Shown: positions 28,213 to 38,468, counted from the stretch's first letter. The stretch is DNA of 64,000 nt from Ruminococcus sp. (GCA_017460665.1 JAFUAO010000100.1:575-64574); one strand, 5' to 3'. The notes: generated by a model not told the origin, from the letters alone. A program made the numbers and translations.

Positions 28213-28564
28213 AAAAAAATGCGGGGTGCAGGGAGCCGCTCGCTCCCTGCCGGGAGTGACTCCCCACAGTGTGGGGAGATGTCAGCAAAGCTGACAGAGG
28301 GGCTGTGCCGGTTAGGCTGAGGGCAGAGCCCTCAGAATAGGCTTAAAGCGCCTCGCAAGGGGTGAATGAAAAAACAGTCCGGGGGACTGTTTTTTCAGAT
28401 AAGCAGCGCCCCAAATCTTCGATTTGGCTGGCGATGCTATATGCTTTAGCTGAGGACGCCTTGCAAGTGAAGGCGTCCCCTACCACCGGTACAAAAATTC
28501 AAGTCTTGCCGCTCAGCGGCAACGAGGCCCCAGACAAGAAAAAGCTCCCATAGGGGAGCTTTTT
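28213..28564. repeat. Intergenic hairpin/REP cluster ending in a bidirectional terminator
   Basis: CTCCCCAC-agt-GTGGGGAG, GTCAGC-aaa-GCTGAC, AAAACAGTCC-ggg-GGACTGTTTT, inverted GTAG-REP ending CCCCTAC, TTGCCGCTCAGCGGCAA, terminator 28539-28564. Confidence 0.7.
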
Positions 28565-28903
28565 TCATGTATTCTTGTCTACCTGGTGGAACTTTTTTAG
28601 GTTGCCGATCTTCTCGTTGCGGTCGTCAAGTACCTTCTCCACCTCTGACCACTCAAGGCCACGGTCGGCACAGAGCACCATGACGTGGTAGAGCAGGTCG
28701 TTGATCTCGTTCTTGAGCTCGTCGTTGTCGCCGTTCTTGGCTGCGATCACTGTCTCGGTAGCCTCCTCGCCCACCTTCTTGCAGATCTTATCGACTCCCT
28801 TGTCGAAAAGATAGCAGGTGTATGAATTCTCCGCAGCAGTCCCGCTCTCGAACTGTCTTTTGCGCTCCTTGATCACCTCAAAGATCTCCTCATAAACTGT
28901 CAT
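28565..28903 (-). CDS. hisE: Phosphoribosyl-ATP pyrophosphatase
   Basis: SYTCYLF, KKVGEEATE, DLLYHVMV. Confidence 0.93.
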   Translation of the reverse strand: MTVYEEIFEVIKERKRQFESGTAAENSYTCYLFDKGVDKICKKVGEEATETVIAAKNGDNDELKNEINDLLYHVMVLCADRGLEWSEVEKVLDDRNEKIGNLKKFHQVDKNT

Positions 28904-28907
28904 ATCA

Positions 28908-29255
28908 TCACTCCTCCTCACTGTTATATATCTCGTTGAAAAAGCAGCTATAGCTGCCGGTGTGACAGGCCACGCCGGTCTGCTCAACGTTCACCAGAAG
29001 GGTATCGTCGTCGCAGTCGCCGTAGATCGAGACTACCTTCTGGAGGTGCCCCGATGTGGCGCCCTTGTTCCAATACTCCTGCCGTGAGCGGCTCCAGAAC
29101 CATGTGTAGCCTGTCTCAAGGGTCTTTCTAAGGCTCTCCTTGTTCATGTAGGCGAGCATGAGCACTGTCTTGGTGTTGACCTCATAGCATATCGCAGGTA
29201 TGAGCTCGCCCTTTTTGAAAAACCTGTCAAGGTCGTTTATATCGATCTTTATCAT
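28908..29255 (-). CDS. hisI: Phosphoribosyl-AMP cyclohydrolase
   Basis: WSRSR, KGATSG, DCDDD, ACHTG, SCF. Confidence 0.95.
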   Translation of the reverse strand: MIKIDINDLDRFFKKGELIPAICYEVNTKTVLMLAYMNKESLRKTLETGYTWFWSRSRQEYWNKGATSGHLQKVVSIYGDCDDDTLLVNVEQTGVACHTGSYSCFFNEIYNSEEE

Positions 29256-29266
29256 ATTCTCTCCTT

Positions 29267-29668
29267 TCAGGTCCAGAGACTGGTAATGAACATGGGCGAG
29301 CTGACATCTGACTTCACGAAGCCGCAGTTCTCATAGAACTTCATCTCGTCGTTGTAGGCGATAACGATCAGCCTCAGATAGTCGGCGTACTTCTCCTTGA
29401 CCATGCCCACGAGGGTCCGTCCGATAGTCTGACCGTGGTAGTCCGGATCCACCAGCAGATAGTGGACGTAGGCGGTCATCACACCGTCGTCCATCGCACA
29501 GATCATGCCGATGAGCTTGTCGCCGTCCCATGCGCTGTAGACCGTGGAGAAGTTCTCCATGGCGGTCTTTAGCTTGTCCGGGTAGTGGCCCGACGACCAC
29601 TCCACCGCAAGGAAGAGCCTCTCCAGCTCCTCCGATGAAAACTCGTGTATGTCCTTATATTCGATCAT
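29267..29668 (-). CDS. GNAT-family N-acetyltransferase
   Basis: [20 protein letters not shown]. Confidence 0.88.
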   Translation of the reverse strand: MIEYKDIHEFSSEELERLFLAVEWSSGHYPDKLKTAMENFSTVYSAWDGDKLIGMICAMDDGVMTAYVHYLLVDPDYHGQTIGRTLVGMVKEKYADYLRLIVIAYNDEMKFYENCGFVKSDVSSPMFITSLWT

Positions 29669-29671
29669 TGC

Positions 29672-30067
29672 CTATCCTATCCACCACTCCGGGGTCAGCT
29701 CCCCGAGAGTAGTAACGATGTCATTTTTGTAGTCCAGCATTATCTGTATGCTCCTGTAGTCCTCCGGCATGAGCTGGACCATAAGCTCACGGCAGGCTCC
29801 GCAGGGAGCGCCCTTGCCCTCATTCGGAGGTATGCACAGGACCCTTTCGATCCTGTCCTCGCCATTGGTCACCATGCTGAAAATGGCATTTCGCTCGGCA
29901 CAGATCCCCAGCGTGGAGCAGGTGTCCATGCACACCCCGGTATAGATCCTGCCGGAGCTGCTGAGCACCGCCGCAGAGACCTCCCCTGCCGTGACGTACT
30001 CTGAGATCCGCCTCGGGGCAAGAACAGCCTTCGCCGCCTCATACATATCCTTCCAGATCTGATCCAT
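29672..30067 (-). CDS. Cytidine deaminase-family protein
   Basis: CAERNA and PCGACRE zinc motifs. Confidence 0.88.
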   Translation of the reverse strand: MDQIWKDMYEAAKAVLAPRRISEYVTAGEVSAAVLSSSGRIYTGVCMDTCSTLGICAERNAIFSMVTNGEDRIERVLCIPPNEGKGAPCGACRELMVQLMPEDYRSIQIMLDYKNDIVTTLGELTPEWWIG

Positions 30068-30070
30068 GGC

Positions 30071-30826
30071 TCACCTCATGATAACGCCATGCTGACGGCA
30101 GTAGTCCTTGACCTGTCCCACCGTCAGCTCCCTAAAGTGGAAGAGCGAGGCCGCCAGCGCCGCAGTTGCTCCTGTTTTCTCGAAGACCTCAGCGAAATCC
30201 CCGATTTTTCCGGCACCGCCGCTGGCGATCACCGGTATGGAGCAGTTGTCACAGACAGCCCTGAGCATCTCGATATCGAAGCCCTCCTTGGTGCCGTCGG
30301 CGTCGATCGAATTCAGACAGATCTCTCCGGCGCCCAGCTCCTCGATAGTATGTACCCAGTCGATAAGGTCGATCCCCATGTCAACTCGGCCGCCGTTTAT
30401 GTAGACGGTCCACTTCCGGTCGGCGATCTTCTTTGCGTCGATCCCCACGCAGATGCACTGGCTGCCGAAAATATCGGCTCCGTCCTTGATGAGCTGAGGG
30501 TTCTGCACAGCCTGAGAGTTCACCGAGACCTTGTCGGCGCCGGCCCTCAGAGTCTCCCTAATGTCGTCAACGGTCTTGATCCCGCCGCCAACTGTCAGGG
30601 GGACGAAGACCTTTTTGGCGGTCTCCCGGACCACGTCCAGAAAGACTCCCCTGCCCTCGAATGAGGCCGTGATGTCGTAGAAAACGATCTCATCGGCGCC
30701 CTGTTTGTTGTATTCCTCGGCGCACTCCACAGGGTCGCCCACGTCCCGGACCCCCTCGAAATTCACGCCCTTCACCACCTTGCCGTTCCGCACGTCAAGG
30801 CAGGGTATTATTCTTTTTGCAAGCAT
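30071..30826 (-). CDS. hisF: Imidazole glycerol phosphate synthase cyclase subunit
   Basis: [29 protein letters not shown]. Confidence 0.97.
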   Translation of the reverse strand: MLAKRIIPCLDVRNGKVVKGVNFEGVRDVGDPVECAEEYNKQGADEIVFYDITASFEGRGVFLDVVRETAKKVFVPLTVGGGIKTVDDIRETLRAGADKVSVNSQAVQNPQLIKDGADIFGSQCICVGIDAKKIADRKWTVYINGGRVDMGIDLIDWVHTIEELGAGEICLNSIDADGTKEGFDIEMLRAVCDNCSIPVIASGGAGKIGDFAEVFEKTGATAALAASLFHFRELTVGQVKDYCRQHGVIMR

Positions 30827-30854
30827 TTCAACACCTCTTCCCTATGAGCTGTTC

Positions 30855-31046
30855 TCAGAACAGCTTGTATTTCAGCATTAGCAGCGCTGCCATCGCAGCG
30901 AATCCTAACATTGCCTTACCGAAATTTTTTATCTGTGAGACTGCCTCCGGATCATCACGCTTATCGGCCCTTACACAGGTTTCCGGAGAAAAAAGCATAA
31001 GCGCACCCAAAATTACCATTACTGCCAAAGCTATATATCCGAGCAT
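30855..31046 (-). CDS. Small two-TM hypothetical protein
   Basis: 63 aa, two hydrophobic segments, AGGAGG RBS, fills the hisA-hisF gap. Confidence 0.65.
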   Translation of the reverse strand: MLGYIALAVMVILGALMLFSPETCVRADKRDDPEAVSQIKNFGKAMLGFAAMAALLMLKYKLF

Positions 31047-31061
31047 ATTAGCATATCCTCC

Positions 31062-31787
31062 TTACAGATCTGCATACTGGATAGCCTCTTTCAGATCAAG
31101 AGTTCCCTTGTAGAGGGACTTTCCGCAGATAGTACCGTAAAGCCCCATTTCCTTGCAGGCGATGATGTCCTCCATCGTGTGGACACCGCCGGAGGCAACG
31201 ATGTTGGCCCGGCCCTTCACAGCCTCGTTGAGCACAGCAAGCTGCTGGCGGTTGACGCCTGAGAGCGTGCCGTCCTTGGAAATATCGGTGAAGATGAAGT
31301 ACCTGACACCAACCTCGGTCATTTTTTCTGCTAGGTCGATGTAGTTCACGTCAGAGCTCTCCAGCCAGCCCTCAGTGGCCACCATGCCGTTCATGGCGTC
31401 GATCCCCACAACGATCTTCTCGCTGCCGAATTTCTCCACAGCGTCGCTGACCAGTCCCGGGTCCTTGAGTGCAACTGAACCCAAAATTACCCGTGTTATG
31501 CCCATTTCAAGGTACTCTCTTATGGTCTCCAGCGAACGGATACCGCCGCCCAGCTCCACCTTAAGGCCGGTCTTTTCGGCAACGTCGGTGTAGATCTTTG
31601 TGTTGACAGGTCTGCCCTCCTTGGCGCCGTCCAGATCCACCATGTGGATCCATTTTGCGCCGGCGGCCTCGAAGCTCCGGGCGGTCTCAAGGTAGTCTGA
31701 GGCCACCTTCTCCACCGTGGAGAAGTCGCCCTTATAGAGCCGGACACAGTTGCCGTCCTTAATGTCTATTGCAGGTAAAATTATCAT
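31062..31787 (-). CDS. hisA: ProFAR isomerase
   Basis: MIILPAIDIKDGNCVRL, HMVDLDGA, TDISKDGTL; ATG 31787. Confidence 0.96.
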   Translation of the reverse strand: MIILPAIDIKDGNCVRLYKGDFSTVEKVASDYLETARSFEAAGAKWIHMVDLDGAKEGRPVNTKIYTDVAEKTGLKVELGGGIRSLETIREYLEMGITRVILGSVALKDPGLVSDAVEKFGSEKIVVGIDAMNGMVATEGWLESSDVNYIDLAEKMTEVGVRYFIFTDISKDGTLSGVNRQQLAVLNEAVKGRANIVASGGVHTMEDIIACKEMGLYGTICGKSLYKGTLDLKEAIQYADL

Positions 31788-31959
31788 ATTGATCCTCCCG
31801 AGAGTCGTTGTTTTCCCATTCCAATGCTTGCCAAGGTCATTTTCAGCGTACTTCACAAATGTGCAGCACCTTTGATGGCGCAGTCGGTGACCATTGGTAT
31901 CACTGAGTATTGCGCTGTGAATTATCAACTTACTCAGATGATTGCTGATATTCTCTTTT

Positions 31960-32565
31960 TCATTTTATAAGCCCTCCAAAGCTTTTTAGTATATTGAGTC
32001 CAGTATTTCCCGATTTTTCCGGGTGGAACTGTGCTCCGTAGACGAAATTTCCGTCCCACACAAGCGCCGGGACCCTTCCGCCGTACTGACTGTAGGCGGC
32101 GATGTACCTGTCCTCGGTGTGGGCCTTGTAGGAGTGTACGAAGTAGACGAACTCCTCCTCGCCGATGTTCTCCAAAAGCGGACAGTCGTTCAGCTTCTCC
32201 AGCTTGTTCCAGCCCATGTGAGGGATCACAAGGCCGGGCTCCTCCATTTTCCGGACGCTGCCGGGGATCAGACCCAAGCCCTCGTGCTCGCCGAACTCAT
32301 AGCCCTTCTCGAAGATCACCTGCATACCCAGACAGATCCCAAGGAAGGGCTTCCTTTTGGCCTCCTGACGGATAACAGGCACAAGGCCGGACTTATCCAG
32401 CATCTCCATGGCCGCAGGGAAGGCTCCCACGCCGGGAAGGATGATCTTATCGGCCTCACGGACCGACTTCTCGTCCTTCACAAGGGCGCTCTCCAGCCCC
32501 AGGTAGTCCAAAGCGTTCTTCACGCTGAAGATATTTCCGGCGCCGTAGTCGATAATGGCTATCAT
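31960..32565 (-). CDS. hisH: Imidazole glycerol phosphate synthase glutaminase subunit
   Basis: IIDYGAGN, GICLGMQ, PHMGWN, QFHPEKS. Confidence 0.96.
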   Translation of the reverse strand: MIAIIDYGAGNIFSVKNALDYLGLESALVKDEKSVREADKIILPGVGAFPAAMEMLDKSGLVPVIRQEAKRKPFLGICLGMQVIFEKGYEFGEHEGLGLIPGSVRKMEEPGLVIPHMGWNKLEKLNDCPLLENIGEEEFVYFVHSYKAHTEDRYIAAYSQYGGRVPALVWDGNFVYGAQFHPEKSGNTGLNILKSFGGLIK

Positions 32566-33158
32566 CACAGGACTCCTTTCGTCGAGAGGGTGCTGCCGTC
32601 TTGATTTAGCGAAACAGCGGTCTTTAGAGCGTGTGCAGCCGCCTTGTAGACAGCCTCGGCCTTGTGGTGGTCGTTGCTTCCGTAGAGCAGCCTTATGTGC
32701 AGAGTTATCCCTGCGTTGAAGGCGAAGGCTCGGAAGAATTCCTCCGTCATGCAAAGGTCATAGCTGCCGCAGCTCTGGTTGGTGAACTCACAGTCGAAGA
32801 CCAGGAAGGGCCTGTTGCTGATGTCGAGGCTGCACATCGCCAGAGCCTCGTCCATGGGAATGAAGGCCGTTCCGTAGCGGACGATCCCGGACTTGCTGCC
32901 AAGGGCCTGGCTCAGAGCCTGTCCCAGAGCGATGCCGGTGTCCTCGATCGTGTGGTGACAGTCAACGTGCAGATCGCCCTTCACCTTGACGGTCATGCTG
33001 ATCCCGCTGTGTACTGACAGAGCAGTCAGCATATGGTCGAAAAATCCGATGCCTGTGTCGATCTGAGCATCGCCCTTCCCGTCTATCTCAAGGGAGATAT
33101 AAATGTCGGTCTCTTTGGTCTTGCGGACGACCTCTCCGCATCTTTTCAGCTTATCCAT
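32565..33158 (-). CDS. hisB: Imidazoleglycerol-phosphate dehydratase
   Basis: TGIGFFDHM, DCHHTIED, NDHHKAE. Confidence 0.96.
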   Translation of the reverse strand: MDKLKRCGEVVRKTKETDIYISLEIDGKGDAQIDTGIGFFDHMLTALSVHSGISMTVKVKGDLHVDCHHTIEDTGIALGQALSQALGSKSGIVRYGTAFIPMDEALAMCSLDISNRPFLVFDCEFTNQSCGSYDLCMTEEFFRAFAFNAGITLHIRLLYGSNDHHKAEAVYKAAAHALKTAVSLNQDGSTLSTKGVL

Positions 33159-34218
33159 TGAGTATCTCCTCCAGTGCAGTGAACAGCCGCTCCATCTCCT
33201 CGGGAGTGCCGACAGTGATCCTCAGGTAGTCCCGAATCAAGGGCTTGTCCCACCAGCGAACGTAGATCCTGCGCTTTTTCAGCTCCGAGAACACCTCTCC
33301 TGCGCTCTTTTTCGAGGGCGAGGCGAAGATGAAGTTGGCCTTTGAGTCCGGGAAGGAGAAGCCCAGCTCTGCAAGGCGCTCCTTGGAGCTCTCACGGGTG
33401 TCTATTATCTTCTGAACGCTCTGGCGGAAATAGGCCTCGTCCTTCATGGAGGCGGCTCCGCAGAGCTGAGTTACCGTATTCATGGTGTAGGAATTCACCG
33501 AGAACTTCACATCGTTCATGTAGGCTATCAGCTTCTCGCTGCCGAAGGCCATACCGATCCTCATGCCGGCCATGGACCTGGACTTTGAGTAGGTCTGGAT
33601 CACCAGAAGGTTGTCGTACTTCTCGATGAGGGGAAGGCAGCTCTCGCCGCCGAAGTCGATATATGCCTCGTCGATCATGACGACTGACCCGGGGTTCGCC
33701 TTCACGATCTCCTCGATCATCTCCACGCTCTCAAGGACTCCCGTAGGAGCGTTGGGGTTTGGAAAGATGATACCGCCGTTAGGGACCTTATAGTCCTCCG
33801 GATCGATGGTCATATCACTTCTCAGAGGCTTGGTCTCATAGGGGATCCGGTAGACCTCCGCCCACACGTCGTAGAAGGAATAGGTGATGTTCGGGAAGAG
33901 TATGGGCTTTTCCGAGCCGAAAAATGTCATGAAGGCCATCGAGATCACGTCGTCGGAGCCGACTCCCACGAAGATCTGGCCCTTTTTCAGCCCGTAGCGC
34001 TCAGCGATCGCCTCCACCAGCACATCGGCGTCCGGTGTTGGGTAGAGCCTCATGCGTGAAACGTCAAAGCTGTCTAGGACCTCCCTTACTGCCGGAGCCG
34101 GCGGATAGGGATTCTCGTTGGTGTTGAGCTTGATCACGTCCGTTTCCTTGGGCTGCTCCCCGGGAACATAGGGCTCCACCCTGCGGACGTTCTCTTCCCA
34201 TTTATTTGCAAAGCTCAT
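33151..34218 (-). CDS. hisC: Histidinol-phosphate aminotransferase
   Basis: KLNTNENPY, PNPNAPTG, DEAY, TYSKSRSMAGMRIG. Confidence 0.95.
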   Translation of the reverse strand: MSFANKWEENVRRVEPYVPGEQPKETDVIKLNTNENPYPPAPAVREVLDSFDVSRMRLYPTPDADVLVEAIAERYGLKKGQIFVGVGSDDVISMAFMTFFGSEKPILFPNITYSFYDVWAEVYRIPYETKPLRSDMTIDPEDYKVPNGGIIFPNPNAPTGVLESVEMIEEIVKANPGSVVMIDEAYIDFGGESCLPLIEKYDNLLVIQTYSKSRSMAGMRIGMAFGSEKLIAYMNDVKFSVNSYTMNTVTQLCGAASMKDEAYFRQSVQKIIDTRESSKERLAELGFSFPDSKANFIFASPSKKSAGEVFSELKKRRIYVRWWDKPLIRDYLRITVGTPEEMERLFTALEEILNG

Positions 34219-34229
34219 ATCATTTCTCC

Positions 34230-34694
34230 TTATCGGTCGTTCATTACGATGAAAACATCTGAGGTGTGAAAGCCGTGCCGCTGATACCAGCCCTCCGTGG
34301 CCTCGCCGTGAGAGGTGATCAGGTAGATCCCGCCGTCTACTTTAAGTTTATACAGCTCCTGCTTCAGCGCCTGCAAAAGATCGATCCCATAGCCCTTTCC
34401 ACGCTCGCTCTCGGCAACGCAGAGCTCCTGGATCTGGAACTCCTTAGAGCTGTGAGAAAACTCGATCTGTCCGCAGATCATGCCGATCAGAATGCCGCTC
34501 CTGTACATCGCAAGTCCTATAAAAGAGGTCGAGGACATCATTGCGCTGATCCTCATGGCAGCGGAGGCCTTCGTCCAAGGCTCGTTCCAGGGCGGAGCGC
34601 TGAATGCGTCAGCGTAAAACTGCCCGTATTCCGGCAGGTCAGCTATGTCCATAGGCACGATGCCGGTTATAAAAGCTCCGTTTCGTCCGGCCAT
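34230..34694 (-). CDS. GNAT-family N-acetyltransferase
   Basis: PPWNEPWT, IQELCV...RGKGYG, WYQRHGF. Confidence 0.85.
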   Translation of the reverse strand: MAGRNGAFITGIVPMDIADLPEYGQFYADAFSAPPWNEPWTKASAAMRISAMMSSTSFIGLAMYRSGILIGMICGQIEFSHSSKEFQIQELCVAESERGKGYGIDLLQALKQELYKLKVDGGIYLITSHGEATEGWYQRHGFHTSDVFIVMNDR

Positions 34695-35977
34695 TATTCA
34701 AACCTTATCTTGATAGCGTTTGCGTGAGCGGTCAGGCCCTCTCTCTCAGCAATGAGGACGATGTCGTCCTTTGCGGCCTCAAGAGCCTCTCTTGTGTAGT
34801 AGGTGTAGCTGGTGCGCTTGGTGAAGCTGGCTACTCCCAGAGGCGAGAAGAACCGTGCAGTGCCGCTGGTGGGGAGGACGTGGTTGGGACCTGCGTAGTA
34901 GTCTCCCAGAGGCTCAGAGGCGTAGTGTCCGAGGAAAATAGATCCAGCGTTGTCAAGGCTCCCCAAAAGCTCCATGGGATCCTTCATCAGCACCTCAAGG
35001 TGCTCCGGAGCGATCTCATTGGCCAGCTCTACGCAGCGCTGGCGGCTGTCGGCGATGATGACAGCGCCGTAGTCCTCAAGGGACTTCTCGATGATCTCTC
35101 TTCTGGAGAGGTACTGCTTCTGGCGGTCGATCTCAGCGATAGTTGCGTCTGCGAGCTCCTCGCTGGTGGTCACCATGATAGCCGAGGCCAGAACGTCGTG
35201 CTCGGCCTGGCTCATAAGGTCAGCCGCAGCGAACTTCGGATCTGCGGTCTCGTCAGCGATCACCAGGATCTCGCTGGGGCCGGCGATCATGTCTATGTCG
35301 ACTACTCCGTAGAGCAGCTTCTTTGCGGTGGCAACGTAGATATTTCCCGGGCCTACGATCTTGTCGCACTTGGGGATCTCCTCAGTACCGTAGGCAAGGG
35401 CAGCGATAGCCTGAGCTCCGCCTGAGAGGAACACCCTGTCTACTCCGCAAACAGCAGCAGCTACAAGGATGTCCTTGTTGGGAGTACCGTCCTTTAGGGG
35501 CGGAGTCACCATGACGATCTCCTTGACGCCTGCGATCTTTGCCGGGATAGCGTTCATCAGCACGCTGGAGGGATAGGCGGCAGTTCCGCCGGGAACGTAA
35601 AGTCCCACCCTTTCAAGGCCACGGATCTTCTGGCCAAGGATCACGCCGTTGGCCTTGGGAGCGATGAAGCCCTGCTCCACCTGTCTCTGGTGGAAGTCAG
35701 CGATGTTCTCCTGAGCGTTCAGCAGAGCATCTACGAACTCCTGATCCGCCTCAGTGAGAGCGTCGTTGATCACCTCTCTTGGCACCTCGTAATACTGGGG
35801 AAGGTTCCCGTCGAATTTCAGCGTATAGTTCTTTACGGCAGTATCGCCGTTCACTCTTACGTCCTCTATTATAGCCGAAACTGTCTCAGTGACACGCTTA
35901 TTGGTCTCGCCTGCTCTCTTGCTGAGCTCAGCAAGGAAGGCGTTCTCGTCATTTCCGTTGGCATATATCTTTCTCAT
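34694..35977 (-). CDS. hisD: Histidinol dehydrogenase
   Basis: GLYVPGG, IDMIAGPSE, SQAEH, APEHLE, GPNHVLPT. Confidence 0.97.
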   Translation of the reverse strand: MRKIYANGNDENAFLAELSKRAGETNKRVTETVSAIIEDVRVNGDTAVKNYTLKFDGNLPQYYEVPREVINDALTEADQEFVDALLNAQENIADFHQRQVEQGFIAPKANGVILGQKIRGLERVGLYVPGGTAAYPSSVLMNAIPAKIAGVKEIVMVTPPLKDGTPNKDILVAAAVCGVDRVFLSGGAQAIAALAYGTEEIPKCDKIVGPGNIYVATAKKLLYGVVDIDMIAGPSEILVIADETADPKFAAADLMSQAEHDVLASAIMVTTSEELADATIAEIDRQKQYLSRREIIEKSLEDYGAVIIADSRQRCVELANEIAPEHLEVLMKDPMELLGSLDNAGSIFLGHYASEPLGDYYAGPNHVLPTSGTARFFSPLGVASFTKRTSYTYYTREALEAAKDDIVLIAEREGLTAHANAIKIRFE

Positions 35978-36606
35978 TATAAATTCTCCTCTATCTTCTT
36001 GATCAGTTCCTCGATCTCCTGCTGTCTCATTTTAAGGCTGACTGTGTTTGCGATGAGCCTTGCAGAGATCGGAGCCACGTCCTCGATGACCTCAAGGCCG
36101 TTCTCCTTCAGTGTAGTGCCGGTCTCCACGATGTCGACGATTCCGTCTGCCAGCTCCAGCAGAGGAGCCAGCTCCACAGAGCCCTCGATCTTGATGATCT
36201 CGGTATCCATGCCCTTCTTCTCGAAGAAGCTCCTTGCAACGTTGGGGTACTTCGTAGCGATGGTCTTGATCCCGTAGCCGCTGTAGAAATCCGTGCCCTT
36301 CTTTGTGGCCAGGGCGAACCTGCACCGTCCGAAGCCCAGGTCCACCAGCTCGAAGAACTTGCCCTTCATCTCCATGATCGTGTCCTTGCCCACGACTCCC
36401 ATATCGCACACGCCGTGCTCCACATAGGTGATCACGTCGTTGGCCTTAGCAAGGACCACCTCCAAATTGGCATCGGGAACAGGCAGGATCAGCTTTCTTC
36501 CCTTTTCTCTGACGGCGGTGCAGTCGAAGCCCAGCTTCTCCAGCAGTCCCACCGTGTCCTTTTCAAGTCGGCCCTTAGTAAGAGCCATTCTGATAGGCTT
36601 ATCCAT
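35977..36606 (-). CDS. hisG: ATP phosphoribosyltransferase, short form
   Basis: ALTKGRL, DMGVVGKD, IATKYP, DIVETG. Confidence 0.96.
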   Translation of the reverse strand: MDKPIRMALTKGRLEKDTVGLLEKLGFDCTAVREKGRKLILPVPDANLEVVLAKANDVITYVEHGVCDMGVVGKDTIMEMKGKFFELVDLGFGRCRFALATKKGTDFYSGYGIKTIATKYPNVARSFFEKKGMDTEIIKIEGSVELAPLLELADGIVDIVETGTTLKENGLEVIEDVAPISARLIANTVSLKMRQQEIEELIKKIEENL

Positions 36607-37800
36607 TTACAGCTCCTCTCCGCTTCCGTCTATGACAACGACCTTAGCGATCTTCTTTTCCTTAGCGTATTCTCTCACGGACTCGATGTCGCCGAAGAGA
36701 GCGTTCTCCACGGTCAGTCCCTGCTCACGGAGCTCCTGTGCGGCCTTCAGCGCAGCCACCTCGCAGCCCTCCTCAGCGTAGACGATCACGTCCGTCCTCG
36801 GCACAGCCGGAAGGACCCCGTTCTTCTCGATCACCTTGGAGATAGCGTTGATGTTGACTGCGAATCCGATCGCCGGCACATCATAGCCGAACTCAGAGAT
36901 CAGCCTGTCGTAGCGTCCGCCGGAGATGACCTCCTCGCCGTGGCCCTGCAGATAGCCCTTGATGATCAGGCCGGTGTAGTAGTCGGTCTTGTTGACAAGG
37001 CCAAGATCCACGGTGACGTTGCCCTCGCCGCCGCAGAGCTTAGAGGCGCTGCGGTAGATCTGGCGGAGCTCCTCCAGGAGCCTAACGATGTTCCCGTCGT
37101 CGGGGATCAGCTCCTCGGCCTTCTCGAAGACCTCCTCGCCTCCGAAGAGGGCCGGCAGCTTTTTCAGAGCCGCAGTCACGGGACTTGCTCCGAATGTGTC
37201 CAGCATATCGTTGAGTGCGGGGAAGTTCTTGTTCTCGATCAGCTTACGGATCCGCTCCTTCTCCTTGTCGGTAGCCTCAAGGCGGCCCACCAGCTCCTTG
37301 AAAATGCCGATATGACCGATCTCAAGGGAGAACTCCATGCCCCAGGCCTTCAGAGACTCAGCCGCCATGGAGATCACCTCTAGGTCGGCCATTTTCTGCT
37401 CTGAGCCGATGAGCTCGATGCCGGCCTGCACGATCTCATCGCTGCGGCCTTTAAGAGCGGCCTCCGTGCGGTAGACCGTCTGGTGATAGCACAGCTTCAG
37501 CGGCAGCATTGCATCTCTCAGGCGAGTAGCCACCACTCTTGCGATAGGCATGGTGGAGTCCGGCCGCATGACCAGGAGCCTTCCCTTGCTGTCGGTGAGC
37601 TTGTACATATTCTCCTGAGGGAAATACCTCGAATTCAGGTTGAAAACGTCGAAGAACTCCAGTCCGGGAGTTATCATCTCGCTGTAGCCGTAGCTGGTGA
37701 AAAGATCCATCATGGTCTTTTCGATCCGCCTTGTTATCATGCACTCCCCGAAGAGCAGATCCTTGGTGCCCTCGGGAGTGATAAGGTCGTAGTTTTTCAT
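36607..37800 (-). CDS. hisZ: ATP phosphoribosyltransferase regulatory subunit
   Basis: PEGTKD, LVMRPDST, QAGIELIG, GGRYD; adjacent to short hisG. Confidence 0.93.
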   Translation of the reverse strand: MKNYDLITPEGTKDLLFGECMITRRIEKTMMDLFTSYGYSEMITPGLEFFDVFNLNSRYFPQENMYKLTDSKGRLLVMRPDSTMPIARVVATRLRDAMLPLKLCYHQTVYRTEAALKGRSDEIVQAGIELIGSEQKMADLEVISMAAESLKAWGMEFSLEIGHIGIFKELVGRLEATDKEKERIRKLIENKNFPALNDMLDTFGASPVTAALKKLPALFGGEEVFEKAEELIPDDGNIVRLLEELRQIYRSASKLCGGEGNVTVDLGLVNKTDYYTGLIIKGYLQGHGEEVISGGRYDRLISEFGYDVPAIGFAVNINAISKVIEKNGVLPAVPRTDVIVYAEEGCEVAALKAAQELREQGLTVENALFGDIESVREYAKEKKIAKVVVIDGSGEEL

Positions 37801-37845
37801 ATTATCCTCCTTAGTTCCGAATAAGGTCGGTGTACTGCTTCGCTT

Positions 37846-38439
37846 TTAAGTGTGGAGAGTTATCTCCTTGGCCTTGTCGTCGTCCTTACCGAACTGGAAC
37901 TCGGCCTTCTGGCTGCCTTCAAGGGTGTAGGTCCAGACGATCCGGTCGCCCACGTCCTGCTCCTCGGCAGGCTTGCCGAAGCAGCGCTCCACCAGCTCCC
38001 TTGTGTCCCCCAGAGAGATCCCTCCCACCGAGACCTTCCCCACGCCGGGGTTGGCCGAAACAGTGTCGGAGTTGGCAGAAAAGGCGATGATGCTGTTATC
38101 GGTAAGGTCGCTGTCGTCGTGCTCGGACTCCACGGTGACGCTGGCGGCCGGCTCTCCGCCAAACCCCAGCACTATGCGCTTTGAGTGGTCTGTCTCGTCA
38201 TCATCGACAAAGCCGATGAATGAGAAGTCCCCCTTGATGTCCAGCAATGTACAGGGCAGGGCGAAGGTAGCTCCGCCGATCTGTATGTCCCCGGTGAGCT
38301 GAGAGAAGGTCTTCTCGCTGAACTCCCGGTCATAGACCTTGCCGTCCAGCTCCACAGGACCGGAGCTGTTATTTTTGTCAGAGCAGCCGGCACAGCAAAG
38401 CAGCGCACCGGCAGCCAGCACTGAAAGAAGTCGTTTCAT
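37846..38439 (-). CDS. Lipoprotein of unknown function
   Basis: MKRLLSVLAAGALLCCAGC lipobox; GGAGG RBS. Confidence 0.75.
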   Translation of the reverse strand: MKRLLSVLAAGALLCCAGCSDKNNSSGPVELDGKVYDREFSEKTFSQLTGDIQIGGATFALPCTLLDIKGDFSFIGFVDDDETDHSKRIVLGFGGEPAASVTVESEHDDSDLTDNSIIAFSANSDTVSANPGVGKVSVGGISLGDTRELVERCFGKPAEEQDVGDRIVWTYTLEGSQKAEFQFGKDDDKAKEITLHT

Positions 38440-38468
38440 GAAAGCCTCCAAACACTTTAGTCTGCTAA

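Noticed and set aside
28362-28553. 63-aa ORF in the hairpin cluster
   Set aside because: It lies wholly in repeat sequence and has no protein-like features.
37800-37846. His attenuator or T-box leader
   Set aside because: The gap is only 45 bp, with no His-codon peptide or T-box motif.
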